Source: Pseudomonadota bacterium (GTDB lineage: Bacteria; Pseudomonadota; Alphaproteobacteria; Rhizobiales; JANQQB01). Taken from it: DNA of 64,000 nucleotides. This document shows, one piece after another, positions 39,454-50,837 of this stretch. Every line of letters starts with the position of its first letter. Position 1 is the stretch's first letter. The stretch lies in the NCBI GenBank assembly GCA_038745065.1, contig JBCDLT010000022.1, forward strand, positions 19,887-83,886, written 5' to 3'. The notes below the pieces were generated by a model. It had not been told where the DNA came from. It was given only the letters and a program-made list of their open reading frames with translations, and made no database searches. Made by a program: the position numbers and the translations under genes.

Positions 39454-39960
39454 TCAGGCCGGGGCAGGTGCGCCGCGCGCCTCGCTCAATGCCCGCGCGA
39501 AGGCATGGGCGAAACTTTCCTTGTCCGGCGGATTGAGAAACGTGCCGACGTCGAGGGATCGGCCATGGGAGGTCAGCGTGATCCGCACGACGCCCTCGTC
39601 TTCGATACGATGCACCGAAAGGCGTGCCCAATACGGATTGAATTCATGGGTCCGGACCTTGCCGGCAGCGGACACCTGGCGAATTGTCACGGTCGCGGGA
39701 AACACCTCCACTTCCTCGAATGCCCGCGCGGCCCGGTAATTCAAGTGAAAGGCCAGCCAGATCAAAAGTACATCGAGCCCGAAAAACAGGAAAACCGGCC
39801 AGGCGCCCAGCAACAGGAAGGGAAGGCCGGACGCGAAGCAGATGAGACCGATGCACAGCATCAGGACAAAGAAACCCTGGCGTCCCAACGACCGATAGGG
39901 CGTGAGGACGGCGCTGAAAATCGGTGAGTCTGCCCCTCCAGGCGGATTGTCGTCTGCCAT
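39454..39960 (-). CDS. DUF2244-like integral membrane protein
   Basis: Start moved to ATG 39960 (MADDNPPGG). Two TM helices are followed by the NPYWARL block typical of the family. Confidence 0.7.
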   Translation of the reverse strand: MADDNPPGGADSPIFSAVLTPYRSLGRQGFFVLMLCIGLICFASGLPFLLLGAWPVFLFFGLDVLLIWLAFHLNYRAARAFEEVEVFPATVTIRQVSAAGKVRTHEFNPYWARLSVHRIEDEGVVRITLTSHGRSLDVGTFLNPPDKESFAHAFARALSEARGAPAPA

Positions 39961-39982
39961 GTCAACCGAGTATAGACGTGCG

Positions 39983-40702
39983 ATGATAAAACCGAAACCT
40001 GCCCCAACGCGCAGTCCGGCCAAGCGAGCCGCGGCGAAGAAACGCACATCTCGCCGCCCTCGCTATACGAAGGAAGAAATCTATCGGATTTTCGAACGCT
40101 TCCAGGAAGCGCTCCCGGAACCGAAGGGCGAACTCGACTACGTCAACGCGTTCACATTGCTGGTGGCGGTCGTTCTGTCGGCCCAGGCAACCGATGTCGG
40201 AGTCAACAAGGCGACGGGACCGCTATTCGCTGTCGCCGATACGCCGGAAAAAATGCTCGCGCTGGGGGAAGATACGGTCCGCGACTACATCAAATCGATC
40301 GGGCTTTACCGCAACAAGGCCAAGAATGTCATAGCGCTCTCGCGTGCGCTGATCGAGGACCATGACAGCGCGGTCCCGGAGACCCGCGAGGCGTTGGAGA
40401 AGCTGCCCGGTGTCGGGCGCAAGACGGCCAATGTGGTGCTCAACATCGCGTTCGGTCAGCCGACCATTGCTGTCGACACCCATCTCTTCCGGATCGGCAA
40501 CCGGGTCGGTCTTGCGCCCGGCAAGACACCTCTGGACGTCGAAAAGGCGCTGGAGAAGATCGTGCCGGAACCATTCCTCCTGCACGCCCATCACTGGCTG
40601 ATCCTGCACGGCCGCTATGTCTGCAAGGCGCGCAAGCCGGATTGCGGCCATTGTGTAATCGTCGATCTCTGCAAGTCGCCGGAAAAGCTCGTCGAAGCCT
40701 GA
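39983..40702 (+). CDS. nth: Endonuclease III
   Basis: HhH-GPD (LPGVGRKTANVVL) and the 4Fe-4S loop CKARKPDCGHCVIVDLC. The start is ambiguous (ATG 39959 or 39983). Confidence 0.9.
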   Translation: MIKPKPAPTRSPAKRAAAKKRTSRRPRYTKEEIYRIFERFQEALPEPKGELDYVNAFTLLVAVVLSAQATDVGVNKATGPLFAVADTPEKMLALGEDTVRDYIKSIGLYRNKAKNVIALSRALIEDHDSAVPETREALEKLPGVGRKTANVVLNIAFGQPTIAVDTHLFRIGNRVGLAPGKTPLDVEKALEKIVPEPFLLHAHHWLILHGRYVCKARKPDCGHCVIVDLCKSPEKLVEA

Positions 40703-40706
40703 CAGC

Positions 40707-43043
40707 CTAACCCGATGTGTCCTTCAGGAGCACGGCCTGCGCGAGAAACATCCGGAGGTCGTCTTCCTCGACCGGCTTCGTCAGTAATCCGTCCGCCCCG
40801 AGCGCCATCGTCTCGTCGCGGGTGTCCGCCATCGTATCGGCTGTCAACGCTATGATCGGCACCCGAGGACGACGATCCGTTTGTTCAAAACGGCGGATCT
40901 CGCGAATTGCCTGACGCCCGTCGATCCCCGGCATGTGAAGATCCATCAGAACGCAGTCGATTGCCGCTGGCTCGGATCCGGCGGCCTCGGCGACAGCATC
41001 GATCGCAGCGCCGCCATCGGTCACGTGACGCACGGCGTGGCCCATTTTCTCGAGCATGGCGCGGGCGAGCATTGCGTTGATGGGATTATCCTCAACGAGC
41101 AGGATCGATAGCGACCGGTCCTGGCGCACCGCCGCGTCGCGCGTCGGCAACGTATGCGGCGCGAATTTCGCGTCTTCCACGCCTATCCCGGCCAGCCGGG
41201 CCGTAACGGTAAGGAGCGAGGCGCGGCGCACGGGTTTTACGAGATATCCCTGGAAACCCGCTTCCCGGAAAGTGTCCAGCCCGCTCCGGTCGGCGGGCCG
41301 CAGAATGATGGCGGCCGACAATCCCTCAGCACGGCCTTCGCGCAGTGTCGCCAGATGCTCGACCGCCGGCCGGTCCGCTTCCGCATCGATCAGAACGACA
41401 TCGAATGGCTCTGCAATATCGGCCTCGGACTCAGTCAGAAGCACTTCGGCCCCGGCATGCTCCAGGCAGGTCTTCCAGCGCACCGCCTCCATTGTGGACG
41501 TGGAAAGGACCGCGACCCGTTTGCCCGCCAAGCCCGGCTCGGACGGACGATCCACTGTCTCAACATCCGCCGGCAACTCGAAGGAAAAGGTCGTTCCTGC
41601 ACCCTTGCGGCCGGCAACGGCAATATCGCCGCCCATGTGCCGGACGATGCGGCGCGAAATCGCCAGCCCGAGACCTGTCCCGTCAAAGCGCCGCGTCGGC
41701 CCGTGCTCGGCCTGTTCGAATTCAGTGAAGATCCGCTCCCGGTCCGCATCATCGATGCCGATACCCGTATCCGAGACGGCAAACCGGACGGTCGCCCGTC
41801 CGGCTTCGACCGGCGTGGCGGTGCAGTCGATCGCCACCCCGCCGGTTTCGGTGAACTTGATGGCATTGCCGGCAAGATTGAGGAGAACCTGGCGCAGGCG
41901 GTGCGGGTCGACCATGATGCTGTCCGGCACACCCGGCGCCACATAGGCACCGATCACGATGTCCTTGGCCTGGGCTCGGGGCGCCAGCAATTCCACCAGA
42001 TCCTCGATCATCGGATCGAGGCGGGTCGGCTGAGGCGCCAAGTCGATTCGACCGGCCTCGATCTTGGAAAAGTCCAGCATGTCCTCGATCAGCGACAGCA
42101 GGGCGCGACCCGACGTTCCGATCGCACGGGCATAGGTCGCCTGTTCGGAACTCAGTTCGGTGTCGAGAAGCAGGCCGGACATGCCAAGAATGCCGTTGAG
42201 AGGTGTCCTGATCTCGTGGCTGACCGTTGCGAGGAACCGGGATTTGGCATCGCTGGCGGCTTCGGCGGCGTCTTTCGTGGCAATCAGGGCGCGTTCCGTG
42301 GCGCGCTGGTCGGTCACATCGCGCAGCACTGTCTGATAGACGGGCGCCTCCGATCCGTCAAAAAGGATCGTGTCCCGCGACACCGCAAACCAGCGCTCAC
42401 CGGTCCGCGTCGGCAAAAGAACGGCATCGCGGGAGTGCTGTTCGGGTTCCGGACTGAGGCCGGGAACGACAAGTTCACGACCGAGCACGTCAGCCCCCGG
42501 CAAGCCGAATACCAGCTCGTAGCATTCGTTGACAAAGATCACCTTGCCACTCGCATCGCGGCGGATCACCACGTCGCCGAGCGAGTCAACGACGCTGCGG
42601 TAATGATTGGCGATCTCCTCCAATTGCCAGATCTGATCCGCCTGGACCTCGACACGCGCGGCAAGTCCCGAGACATCGCGGTCCCGGGTCCGACTATGGG
42701 AATCGCCGCTGATCCCGGTTTTTTCGCGGCGCGCCGGAAATCCAAGCCGCACGGCAATCCCGCCGGCCAGCACACCGCCTGCGAGGACAACAAAAAGCGC
42801 TGTATTTGCAGCACCCTGATCACGGAGGATCATGGCACCGGCCAACGCGCTGACGGCAACAAGCAGGGCGATGGCAAAAGGTCGAGCAGCGAAGGCGATC
42901 CCGCGGATCGATGGCCGGGTCCGAGTTTGGTCGGTCGGTTCGGCGCGCGTGCGATGCGGTTCATGGGTGCGCGGCGCTGCGCCGGCATTTGCGTTGCCAG
43001 TGTGTGACACGTCGCTTGAGGTGCTGGTGGCCGGGCGTGCCAT
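40707..43043 (-). CDS. Hybrid sensor histidine kinase/response regulator (TM, PAS, HisKA, HATPase, degenerate receiver, canonical receiver)
   Basis: H-box [14 protein letters not shown]-boxes DTGIGI and [10 protein letters not shown], and a terminal receiver [10 protein letters not shown]...[11 protein letters not shown]...TKP. Start set at ATG 43043. Confidence 0.85.
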   Translation of the reverse strand: MARPATSTSSDVSHTGNANAGAAPRTHEPHRTRAEPTDQTRTRPSIRGIAFAARPFAIALLVAVSALAGAMILRDQGAANTALFVVLAGGVLAGGIAVRLGFPARREKTGISGDSHSRTRDRDVSGLAARVEVQADQIWQLEEIANHYRSVVDSLGDVVIRRDASGKVIFVNECYELVFGLPGADVLGRELVVPGLSPEPEQHSRDAVLLPTRTGERWFAVSRDTILFDGSEAPVYQTVLRDVTDQRATERALIATKDAAEAASDAKSRFLATVSHEIRTPLNGILGMSGLLLDTELSSEQATYARAIGTSGRALLSLIEDMLDFSKIEAGRIDLAPQPTRLDPMIEDLVELLAPRAQAKDIVIGAYVAPGVPDSIMVDPHRLRQVLLNLAGNAIKFTETGGVAIDCTATPVEAGRATVRFAVSDTGIGIDDADRERIFTEFEQAEHGPTRRFDGTGLGLAISRRIVRHMGGDIAVAGRKGAGTTFSFELPADVETVDRPSEPGLAGKRVAVLSTSTMEAVRWKTCLEHAGAEVLLTESEADIAEPFDVVLIDAEADRPAVEHLATLREGRAEGLSAAIILRPADRSGLDTFREAGFQGYLVKPVRRASLLTVTARLAGIGVEDAKFAPHTLPTRDAAVRQDRSLSILLVEDNPINAMLARAMLEKMGHAVRHVTDGGAAIDAVAEAAGSEPAAIDCVLMDLHMPGIDGRQAIREIRRFEQTDRRPRVPIIALTADTMADTRDETMALGADGLLTKPVEEDDLRMFLAQAVLLKDTSG

Positions 43044-43188
43044 GTCGTCCCTGTACCGGTTCCGGCGCCGCTGCGGACATCGTCCATCCCGTGGTGCCTG
43101 TCGGCACCGGGGCGGCGGCTTCAATCGAAACCCAAAATACGCAACAGGGATTTCGAAACCCTTGACGCAGACTGACGCGTCGATCGCA

Positions 43189-44718
43189 TCAGGCCGCAAG
43201 GGCGGACAAACCCGTATTCGCACGATAGGCCAGGGCTTCGGCCAGGTGCACCCGTCCGATCGTTTCGGCCCCGTCGAGGTCGGCGATCGTGCGCGCGACC
43301 TTCAGCACACGATGGAAGCCGCGCGCCGACAGACGGAAATTCTCGGCCGCCTCGCGCAAAAGAGTGCGCGCCGCCTCATCCGGATGGGCCAGCGTTTCGA
43401 TGAGACGCGCGCCCGCCTGGGCGTTCGTCACGATACCTGCGCCGGCTTCGAGAAAGCGGGCCTCCTGACATTGGCGCGCCACTTCGACCCGTGAGCGAAT
43501 TGCCGCCGAATTCTCGCTTTCGCCGGGCCGGATCAGGTCGACCGCGGAGACGGCAGGCACGTCAATCCGCAAATCGATCCTGTCCAGAAACGGCCCGGAG
43601 ACCCGGGCCTGGTAGTCCGCCGCGCAGCGTGCACCGCGCCGGCAGGTCATGCCCGGTTCGCCGGCATGGCCGCAGCGGCAGGGATTCATGGCCGCCACCA
43701 ATTGCACACGGGACGGGTAGGAGATGCGGTGATTGGCCCGGGCGATCACCGTTTCGCCGGTCTCCAGGGGCTGGCGCAGGGAATCCAGGACCTGGGGCGA
43801 AAATTCCGGTAACTCGTCGAGAAACAGAATTCCGTTGTGGGCAAGCGATACTTCGCCGGGACGGGCACGCAATCCGCCGCCGACAAGGGCCGCCATGGAA
43901 GCCGAGTGATGCGGCGCGCGAAACGGCCGGGCGGCGGAGAGTTTGCCGTCCGCCAATTCTCCGGCAATCGACGCGATCATGGAGACTTCCAGCAATTCGC
44001 GCGGCGAGAGCGGCGGCAAGAGGGACGGCAATCGACTGGCCAGCATGGATTTGCCGGAACCCGGCGGGCCGACCATTAGGATGTTGTGGCCGCCGGCAGC
44101 GGCGATCTCCAGCGCCCGCTTGGCGGTTTCCTGTCCCCTGATCTCGCTGAAATCTCCGGCACGCGCGCCGTCGAGCCGCACTCCCGGCTCCGGCCGGGAC
44201 AAAACCTGGGTTCCCTTGAAATGATTGGCGACGGCAATCAGGCTGCGCGGCGCAAGAATGTCGAGATCCTGACCCGCCCAGGCCGCTTCGGGACCCGAGG
44301 CGTGCGGGCAGATGAGGCCCTTGCCGGCCGTATTGGCGCCGATCGCTGCCGGCAGCGCGCCGGCCACCGGTGAGATCGTGCCGTCCAGCGACAATTCCCC
44401 GAGCACCACGTATTGCGCCATCTGGTCCGCCGGCAGGACGCCGAGCGCTGCCATCAACGCAAGCGCGATCGGAAGGTCGTAATGGCTGCCCTCCTTGGGA
44501 AGGTCGGCGGGCGCCAGATTGACGGTAATGCGCTTGTGCGGCAGGGCCAGACCCGATGCAATCAGCGCTGCCTCCACGCGTTCCCGGCTTTCACCGACGG
44601 CCTTGTCCGGCAGGCCGACAATGTTGAACCGCACCGCACCCGGTCCGATGTGGACCTGCACATCGACCGGAACCGCTTCGATGCCCCGGAAAGCAATTGT
44701 GGAAACGCGACTGACCAT
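43189..44718 (-). CDS. comM: YifB/ComM family Mg-chelatase-like AAA+ ATPase
   Basis: MVSRVSTIAFRGIEAVPVDVQV N-terminus, Walker A GPPGSGKS, and a ChlI-like core. GGAGG lies 5 nt upstream of ATG 44718. Confidence 0.9.
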   Translation of the reverse strand: MVSRVSTIAFRGIEAVPVDVQVHIGPGAVRFNIVGLPDKAVGESRERVEAALIASGLALPHKRITVNLAPADLPKEGSHYDLPIALALMAALGVLPADQMAQYVVLGELSLDGTISPVAGALPAAIGANTAGKGLICPHASGPEAAWAGQDLDILAPRSLIAVANHFKGTQVLSRPEPGVRLDGARAGDFSEIRGQETAKRALEIAAAGGHNILMVGPPGSGKSMLASRLPSLLPPLSPRELLEVSMIASIAGELADGKLSAARPFRAPHHSASMAALVGGGLRARPGEVSLAHNGILFLDELPEFSPQVLDSLRQPLETGETVIARANHRISYPSRVQLVAAMNPCRCGHAGEPGMTCRRGARCAADYQARVSGPFLDRIDLRIDVPAVSAVDLIRPGESENSAAIRSRVEVARQCQEARFLEAGAGIVTNAQAGARLIETLAHPDEAARTLLREAAENFRLSARGFHRVLKVARTIADLDGAETIGRVHLAEALAYRANTGLSALAA

Positions 44719-44846
44719 GAACCCCTCCAGTCTGTGCAAGATACACGGAGAAGGGTAGTCGTTCAAGAACAATATAGGAACAAATGGAGATTTTCGAGAA
44801 ACTAAACGCGTAATGCGAGAACGATGGAGTTGCAGCACACCTCGTC

Positions 44847-45788
44847 TCAAGCACATTGTTGCTCGATGCGGTCCCAAATCATGGCAGCGATATCCGGCCC
44901 GCCGAGATTGCTGATTGCGCGGATGCCGGTCGGCGAGGTGACGTTGATTTCCGTTAGGTAGCCGCCAATCACGTCGATGCCGACAAACAGAAGTCCGCGC
45001 TCCTTCAGCGCGGGGCCGATGCGCTCGCAGATCTCGCGTTCGCGTGCGCTGATCTGCGTCGTCTCGGCCTGACCGCCCCTGACCATGTTGGAGCGCAGGT
45101 CATCGGCTAACGGGATGCGGTTGACCGCACCGGCAAAGACACCATCCACCAGAATGATGCGTTTGTCGCCGTCGCGTACTTCCGGACGGAATTGCTGGAC
45201 GACCCAGGGCTCGCGGAACGTGGTTGAAAACAGATCGAGCAGCGATCCGAAATTGGAATCCTCAGGGCGCAGGCGGAATACCGCAGCACCGCCATTGCCA
45301 TAGAGCGGTTTGACCACAATGTCCTTGTATTCATCGCGAAAGGACCTGATTTCTGCTTCGTCCCGGGTGATCAGGGTGGGCGGCATGAGGTCCGGGAACT
45401 CCGTCACGAAGACCTTTTCAGGCGCATTGCGCACATGCGCCGGATCGTTGACCACGAACGTCTCGGGGTGGATGCGTTCCAGCAGGTGGGTGGCGGAGAT
45501 ATAGGCCATGTCAAAGGGCGGGTCCTGACGCATCAGGATCGTATCGAAATCCGACAAGGGGCGGCGCTCCGCTTCGCCGAGCGTGTAATGGTCGCCGGCC
45601 CGATCACGCACGCTGACCGGCTCCAGGCGCGCAAACACCCTGCCGTCGACCATCGCCATCCGATCGGTGGTATAGTGAAACAGCTCATGACCGCGCCGCG
45701 CCGCTTCCAGCATCAAGGCAAAGGTCGAATCGCCGGCAATGTTGACGTTGGCGATATGGTCCATCTGGACCGCGACGGAGAGCGGCAT
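44847..45788 (-). CDS. gshB: Glutathione synthetase (ATP-grasp)
   Basis: [11 protein letters not shown]-terminus and a prokaryotic GshB ATP-grasp pattern. ATG 45788 is preferred over 45803 on SD context. Confidence 0.9.
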   Translation of the reverse strand: MPLSVAVQMDHIANVNIAGDSTFALMLEAARRGHELFHYTTDRMAMVDGRVFARLEPVSVRDRAGDHYTLGEAERRPLSDFDTILMRQDPPFDMAYISATHLLERIHPETFVVNDPAHVRNAPEKVFVTEFPDLMPPTLITRDEAEIRSFRDEYKDIVVKPLYGNGGAAVFRLRPEDSNFGSLLDLFSTTFREPWVVQQFRPEVRDGDKRIILVDGVFAGAVNRIPLADDLRSNMVRGGQAETTQISAREREICERIGPALKERGLLFVGIDVIGGYLTEINVTSPTGIRAISNLGGPDIAAMIWDRIEQQCA

Positions 45789-45881
45789 GTCCGAATTCCT
45801 CATTTCGATCGGGGCGCAGCGTTTATGGGCCGCCGTATGGCCCCTTGTCCATGGCTGAATGGGACAGCGCCGCGCGCAGTG

Positions 45882-46256
45882 TCACGGCTCCTGGAAGGCT
45901 GCCGGAATATGGACCGGCAGGGACCAGGGCCGGATCGCAATTATGTCAAACCGCCAGGCGCATCGTTCGTGACCCGGATGGCCGGCAAGCCAGATGCGTG
46001 CCGCCCGACCGATGCGGCGTTGCGCAGCCAGAGTCACTGCGTCGAGCGCCGCCGATACGCTGCGGCGGGCCTTGACCTCCACGAAACACAGCGCGTCTCC
46101 GCGACGCGCGACAATGTCGATTTCGCCGGCCGGGGTGCGGTATCGCCTGTCCAGAATGCGATAGCCGCATAGTCGCATATACCAGGCAGCAATCGTTTCG
46201 GCTCGCAATCCGAGACGAAAGGCGGCCCGTTTGCTGCGGGCATCGTGTCGGCTCAT
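45882..46256 (-). CDS. yraN: YraN family (UPF0102) endonuclease-like protein
   Basis: GEIDIVARRGDALCFVEVKAR core. Confidence 0.8.
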   Translation of the reverse strand: MSRHDARSKRAAFRLGLRAETIAAWYMRLCGYRILDRRYRTPAGEIDIVARRGDALCFVEVKARRSVSAALDAVTLAAQRRIGRAARIWLAGHPGHERCAWRFDIIAIRPWSLPVHIPAAFQEP

Positions 46257-46422
46257 TATTGCCTCCCGGCCGTTTTCGAGCGCTCAAGCACCGACTGTCG
46301 GCAAAAGCGGCCCCTCGCCCTGCATCCGTCGTGCCGGCCATGTTTTTTTTACACAGGGATGCGGCATCCGACAGAATTTGTTACACAGACGCAAACACCG
46401 TACGAAAGTGGGGGAGGCGAGA

Positions 46423-47622
46423 GTGAAGCGATCTTCGCCGCGCAACCTATTGACCATGAGAAGCTTTTTTCGATTTGGCGCCGCTCTGGCGCTGGGACTC
46501 TCGGTTGCGGCCTGCCTGCCGACCAGCCGCCTTCAGGGCCCGGGGTCACAAACCGGTCCGATCGGCCAGCCGACCGGCGAAGTGATCGGCGCCGGCGCCG
46601 TTCGTGTGGCCCTGCTGCTGCCGCAATCCGCCGAGGGCAATGGCGGCAGCGTTGCCAACGTCTTCAAGAATGCGGCCACGCTGGGTCTGCGTGAATTCCC
46701 GGGCGGCGACGTCCGGCTTCTCGTCAAGGATACCGGCGGTACCGCGGCCGGCGCCACGGCCGCGGCCCAACAGGCGCTTTCGGAAGGCGCTGAGCTCATT
46801 CTCGGCCCGGTTTTCTCCCATTCGGTAACGGCGGCAGCCGGCGTCGCACGGCCAGCGGGCGTACCCGTCATCGGCTTTTCCAGCGACGCCAGCGTTGCGG
46901 GGCGCGGCGTATATCTGCTGAGCTTCCTGCCGCAGGACGACGTGGCCCGCATGGTGTCGTTTGCGGCGACGCAGGGGCGGACGTCGGTGGCAGCCATGTT
47001 CCCGCAAACCGATTACGGCGCGGTGGTGGAAGCAGCCTTCCGGCAGGAGGCCGCCCGACGCAACCTGCGGATCATCTCGATCCAGAAATACACGAACAAC
47101 CCCGACGACATCACAGCGAAAGCCCAGGAAATAGCCAAGTTTTCGAACCGAATCGATTCGGTGTTCTTTCCCGGCGATCCGCAGGCCGCGATCTTCATCG
47201 CGCAAACGCTGACCGCCAATGGTGTCGACCGGAACAGCGTGAAATTCATGGGCAGCGGACAGTGGGACAATCCTGCAGTCTTCGGCGAATCAGCGCTTAC
47301 CGGCGCATGGTTCCCGGCGCCGTCCCGCGACGGCTTCAATTCCTTCGTGCCGAAATACCAGAATTCGTTCGGATCGCGGCCGCCGCGCAACGCGACGCTG
47401 TCCTATGACGCGGTCACCCTGGCGCTCGGACTGGTACGCAGTGCCGGACAACGCCGGTTCTCGACCAACGTGCTGACAAATCCGGACGGTTTCCTGGGCG
47501 TCGACGGCGTTTTCCGGTTTCGCCGGAACGGCACAAATGAGCGCGGCCTTGCCGTTTATGAAGTCGGCACGGGCTCCGCGAAAATTGTCGGACCGGCCCG
47601 ACGCAATTTCTCGGGCAGCTGA
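46423..47622 (+). CDS. Periplasmic-binding-protein-fold lipoprotein (LpoA-like penicillin-binding protein activator / Leu-Ile-Val-binding family)
   Basis: GGGGAGG lies 5 nt upstream of GTG 46423. Lipobox-like LSVAAC, then a type I PBP fold pattern. It neighbours yraN, as lpoA does in enterobacteria. Confidence 0.7.
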   Translation: MKRSSPRNLLTMRSFFRFGAALALGLSVAACLPTSRLQGPGSQTGPIGQPTGEVIGAGAVRVALLLPQSAEGNGGSVANVFKNAATLGLREFPGGDVRLLVKDTGGTAAGATAAAQQALSEGAELILGPVFSHSVTAAAGVARPAGVPVIGFSSDASVAGRGVYLLSFLPQDDVARMVSFAATQGRTSVAAMFPQTDYGAVVEAAFRQEAARRNLRIISIQKYTNNPDDITAKAQEIAKFSNRIDSVFFPGDPQAAIFIAQTLTANGVDRNSVKFMGSGQWDNPAVFGESALTGAWFPAPSRDGFNSFVPKYQNSFGSRPPRNATLSYDAVTLALGLVRSAGQRRFSTNVLTNPDGFLGVDGVFRFRRNGTNERGLAVYEVGTGSAKIVGPARRNFSGS

Positions 47623-47703
47623 TATGACCGGGCCGAGCACGCGGTCCGGTCGCATAGACCGGTCCGGCGCCCGCCTTCGCGTCTGAAAGTCGGGATACCC
47701 GCC

Positions 47704-48957
47704 ATGGTCGTTTCCACGCTTGCCGGCAAACGTGTCCTTCTGATCATCGGTGGCGGGATTGCAGCCTATAAGAGCCTCGACCTGGTCCGGCGGTTGCGGG
47801 AACGGGGCGCGGCGGTACGGGCGGTCCTGACCCGCGCCGGATCGGAATTCGTGACACCGCTGTCCGTCTCGGCCCTGACAGAGGACAAGGTCTATTCCGA
47901 CCTGTTCGATCTGACCGACGAAGCGGAAATGGGGCACATCCAATTGTCACGGGATGCCGATCTGCTCGTTGTGGCACCCGCTACCGCCGACCTGATCGCC
48001 AAAATGGCCACAGGCCGCGCCGACGATCTGGCGTCGACCGTGCTGCTTGCGACCGATACACCCGTGCTGGCGGCGCCGGCAATGAATGTGCGCATGTGGC
48101 AGCATCGCGCGACGCAGCGCAACGTCGCCCGGATCGAACAGGACGGCATAGTTCTGATCGGCCCGAACGAAGGCAGCATGGCCTGCAACGAATACGGCAT
48201 GGGCCGCATGGCCGAACCGATGGAAATCCTGGCGGCCATCGAAACTGCGCTCAGCCCGTCGCACCGGCCGCTCGCCGGTCGCCGTATCGTTGTCACGTCC
48301 GGTCCAACGCACGAACCGATCGACCCGGTGCGCTATATTGCCAACCGGTCATCCGGGAAACAGGGCCATGCCGTTGCGCGTGCCGCGCAGATCGCGGGGG
48401 CGGATGTTACGCTGATCAGCGGACCTGTCGCGCTCGAAGACCCGACAGGCGTCGCGGTCGTTCGTGTGGAAACAGCCGAAGACATGCTGGCCGCCGTCGA
48501 TGCGGCGCTACCGGCGGATGCCCTGATCATGGCGGCAGCCGTCGCGGATTGGCGCGTCGCCGCACGTCAGGATGACAAGATCAAAAAAACCGAGGGCGGT
48601 GCGCCGCATGCAATCGCTCTGACGGAAAACCCCGACATCCTCGCCACCATCGGCCATGCAACGGAGCGGCGTCCACGCCTCGTGATCGGCTTTGCGGCGG
48701 AAACACAGAACCTTCTGGAAAATGCCGGCGCCAAACTGCGCAAAAAAGGTGCGGACTGGATCGTCGCGAACGATGTTTCGCCGGAGGGCGGCGTGTTCGG
48801 CGGCGACAGCAACACAGTGCGGATCCTGCATGCCGGAGGGGTCGATTCGCTCCCGACACAATCCAAGGACGCCGTCGCCGCCCATTTGGTCGAGCGAATC
48901 GACGCGTTTTTCAACGGCGCCGATGCGACGGCTTCGCTCGAATCGGATCCGAAATGA
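47704..48957 (+). CDS. coaBC: Bifunctional phosphopantothenoylcysteine decarboxylase / phosphopantothenate-cysteine ligase
   Basis: GGIAAYK flavoprotein N-terminal domain and a CoaB C-terminal domain (SSGKQG). Confidence 0.95.
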   Translation: MVVSTLAGKRVLLIIGGGIAAYKSLDLVRRLRERGAAVRAVLTRAGSEFVTPLSVSALTEDKVYSDLFDLTDEAEMGHIQLSRDADLLVVAPATADLIAKMATGRADDLASTVLLATDTPVLAAPAMNVRMWQHRATQRNVARIEQDGIVLIGPNEGSMACNEYGMGRMAEPMEILAAIETALSPSHRPLAGRRIVVTSGPTHEPIDPVRYIANRSSGKQGHAVARAAQIAGADVTLISGPVALEDPTGVAVVRVETAEDMLAAVDAALPADALIMAAAVADWRVAARQDDKIKKTEGGAPHAIALTENPDILATIGHATERRPRLVIGFAAETQNLLENAGAKLRKKGADWIVANDVSPEGGVFGGDSNTVRILHAGGVDSLPTQSKDAVAAHLVERIDAFFNGADATASLESDPK

Positions 48958-49418
48958 CAAAAACTGAAATTGCTCTTCAGCGGCTGCCGCATATGGAGGG
49001 TTTGCCGCTGCCGACCTATCAGAGCACGCAGGCTGCGGGTCTCGACGTACACGCTGCGCTTCCGGCCGATGCCCCGGTCGAGCTGGTGCCCGGCGCTCGT
49101 GCACTCATTCCAACGGGCTTTCGCATGGCCCTGCCGCCCGGCTTCGAAGCGCAGATGCGACCGCGCTCCGGGCTGGCACTGAAACACGGGGTCACCGTGC
49201 TCAACACGCCAGGCACGATCGATAGCGATTACCGCGGCGAAGTCGGCGTTATCCTGATCAATCTCGGAAGCGATCCCTTCACCGTCCGGCGCGGCGAACG
49301 GATCGCGCAAATGGTTATCGCTCCGGTCCTGCAGGCCGTTTTGATCGAAGCCACACAACTTGACGACACGGCGCGCGGCACCGGCGGATTCGGGTCGTCC
49401 GGCACGGGATTGTCGTGA
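48954..49418 (+). CDS. dut: dUTP diphosphatase
   Basis: [25 protein letters not shown] and [10 protein letters not shown] motifs. ATGA overlap with coaBC. Confidence 0.95.
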   Translation: MTKTEIALQRLPHMEGLPLPTYQSTQAAGLDVHAALPADAPVELVPGARALIPTGFRMALPPGFEAQMRPRSGLALKHGVTVLNTPGTIDSDYRGEVGVILINLGSDPFTVRRGERIAQMVIAPVLQAVLIEATQLDDTARGTGGFGSSGTGLS

Positions 49419-50197
49419 CCGGAACGGGCGCTCTCTCACCGGAGGAATTGCAGCGCTATGCGCGGCATATCGTGCTGCGCGATGTCGGCGGACCGGGCCA
49501 GCAAAAACTGAAGGCCGCCCGAGTCCTGGTGATCGGGGCCGGCGGGCTCGGCGCACCGGTTCTGCAATACCTCGCAGCCGCCGGCGTCGGGACGCTTGGT
49601 GTCGTTGACGACGATGCGGTTTCGCTTTCCAACCTGCAACGCCAGATCATCCACACGACCGATTCAGTCGGCCAGTCTAAGGTCGCAAGCGCGGCGGCGG
49701 CGATCCGCCGCATCAACCCGCATGTGAGCGTCGAACCCCACGGCCTGCGCATCACGCAGGAAAACGCGGCGGAACTTGTCGCGGCCTACGACATCGTCGC
49801 GGATGGTTCAGACAATTTCGCCACCCGGTATTGTGTCGCCGATGCCTGCCAAGCGAAAAAAAAGCCGCTTATCAGCGGTGCCGTCGGCCAATTCGACGGG
49901 TCGCTGACAACTCTGAAACCCTACGAGCACGATGCGGACGGTGAGGCCAATCCGACCTATCGCTGCCTGTTTCCCAGCGAACCGCCGGCACATCTGGTGC
50001 CGACCTGCGAGCAGGCCGGTGTGCTCGGCGCCCTGACGGGCATCATCGGCTCCATGCAGGCGCTTGAGGTCATCAAGGAAATTACGGGGATCGGCGATTC
50101 TCTGGTCGGACGCCTCCTGCTCTACGACGCCCGGTCCGCCCGCTTCGAAACCGTCCGGTACCGCCGCGCCGAGCCGGAAGTCCCTGCTGAAAGCTGA
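49415..50197 (+). CDS. HesA/MoeB/ThiF family E1-like adenylyltransferase (no rhodanese domain)
   Basis: RYARHIVL, the GAGGLGAP nucleotide loop, and SNLQRQ. GTGA overlap with dut. Confidence 0.85.
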   Translation: MTGTGALSPEELQRYARHIVLRDVGGPGQQKLKAARVLVIGAGGLGAPVLQYLAAAGVGTLGVVDDDAVSLSNLQRQIIHTTDSVGQSKVASAAAAIRRINPHVSVEPHGLRITQENAAELVAAYDIVADGSDNFATRYCVADACQAKKKPLISGAVGQFDGSLTTLKPYEHDADGEANPTYRCLFPSEPPAHLVPTCEQAGVLGALTGIIGSMQALEVIKEITGIGDSLVGRLLLYDARSARFETVRYRRAEPEVPAES

Positions 50198-50217
50198 GAG
50201 GCAGGAAGCGGTCCCGC

Positions 50218-50721
50218 TCAATTCAAGGTCGCGGGGTCCTTTTCGGCGGTCCGCGCCTGGATGTTCTGGCGGTACAGTGCGGCAAAATCGATCGGATCGA
50301 TGAGCAGCGGCGGGAAGCCCCCGTTGCGCGTCGCGTCGGCCATGATCTGGCGGGCAAACGGGAACAGCAGACGCGGACACTCAATCAGCACAAACGGATG
50401 CAGATGTTCCTTGGGCACATTCTGCACCTTGAACACGCCCGCGTAGACCAGTTCGACGGCAAAGACCGTTTCGTTGTTCAGTTCCGCGGTTGCATCCATC
50501 GACAAAACCACTTCGAAATCGATATCCGAAGCCGGGTTTGCGTTGACGTTCACGTTGATGTTGAGGCGCGGGCTGGTTTCCTGGGGGCGCAATGATGCCG
50601 GAGCTTTCGGGTTCTCGAAAGAAAGATCCTTGACGTATTGGGCCAGAATGTTGACGGCGGGCGCCTCGCCGGCAGGCTGGGCCGGTTTGGCATTCGAGTC
50701 GGCGACGTCTTCATTCGACAT
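50218..50721 (-). CDS. secB: Protein-export chaperone SecB
   Basis: [14 protein letters not shown] and [11 protein letters not shown] blocks. Confidence 0.9.
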   Translation of the reverse strand: MSNEDVADSNAKPAQPAGEAPAVNILAQYVKDLSFENPKAPASLRPQETSPRLNINVNVNANPASDIDFEVVLSMDATAELNNETVFAVELVYAGVFKVQNVPKEHLHPFVLIECPRLLFPFARQIMADATRNGGFPPLLIDPIDFAALYRQNIQARTAEKDPATLN

Positions 50722-50837
50722 GGATGGCCCCTTTCCGGATTGGTTGGCTCTCTATCACCACGCCCGCCAACGAAGTCAAGCGGTTCGGGCCAATCGGAAA
50801 GCGGCGCCGAACGCCGAAATGCTGCCCGGTGCGGCGT

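Noticed and set aside
41154-43007. ORF 41154..43007 (+, 617 aa) and 41056..41946 (+, 296 aa)
   Set aside because: They are antisense to the hybrid histidine kinase, which has clear H-box, G-box and receiver motifs on the minus strand.
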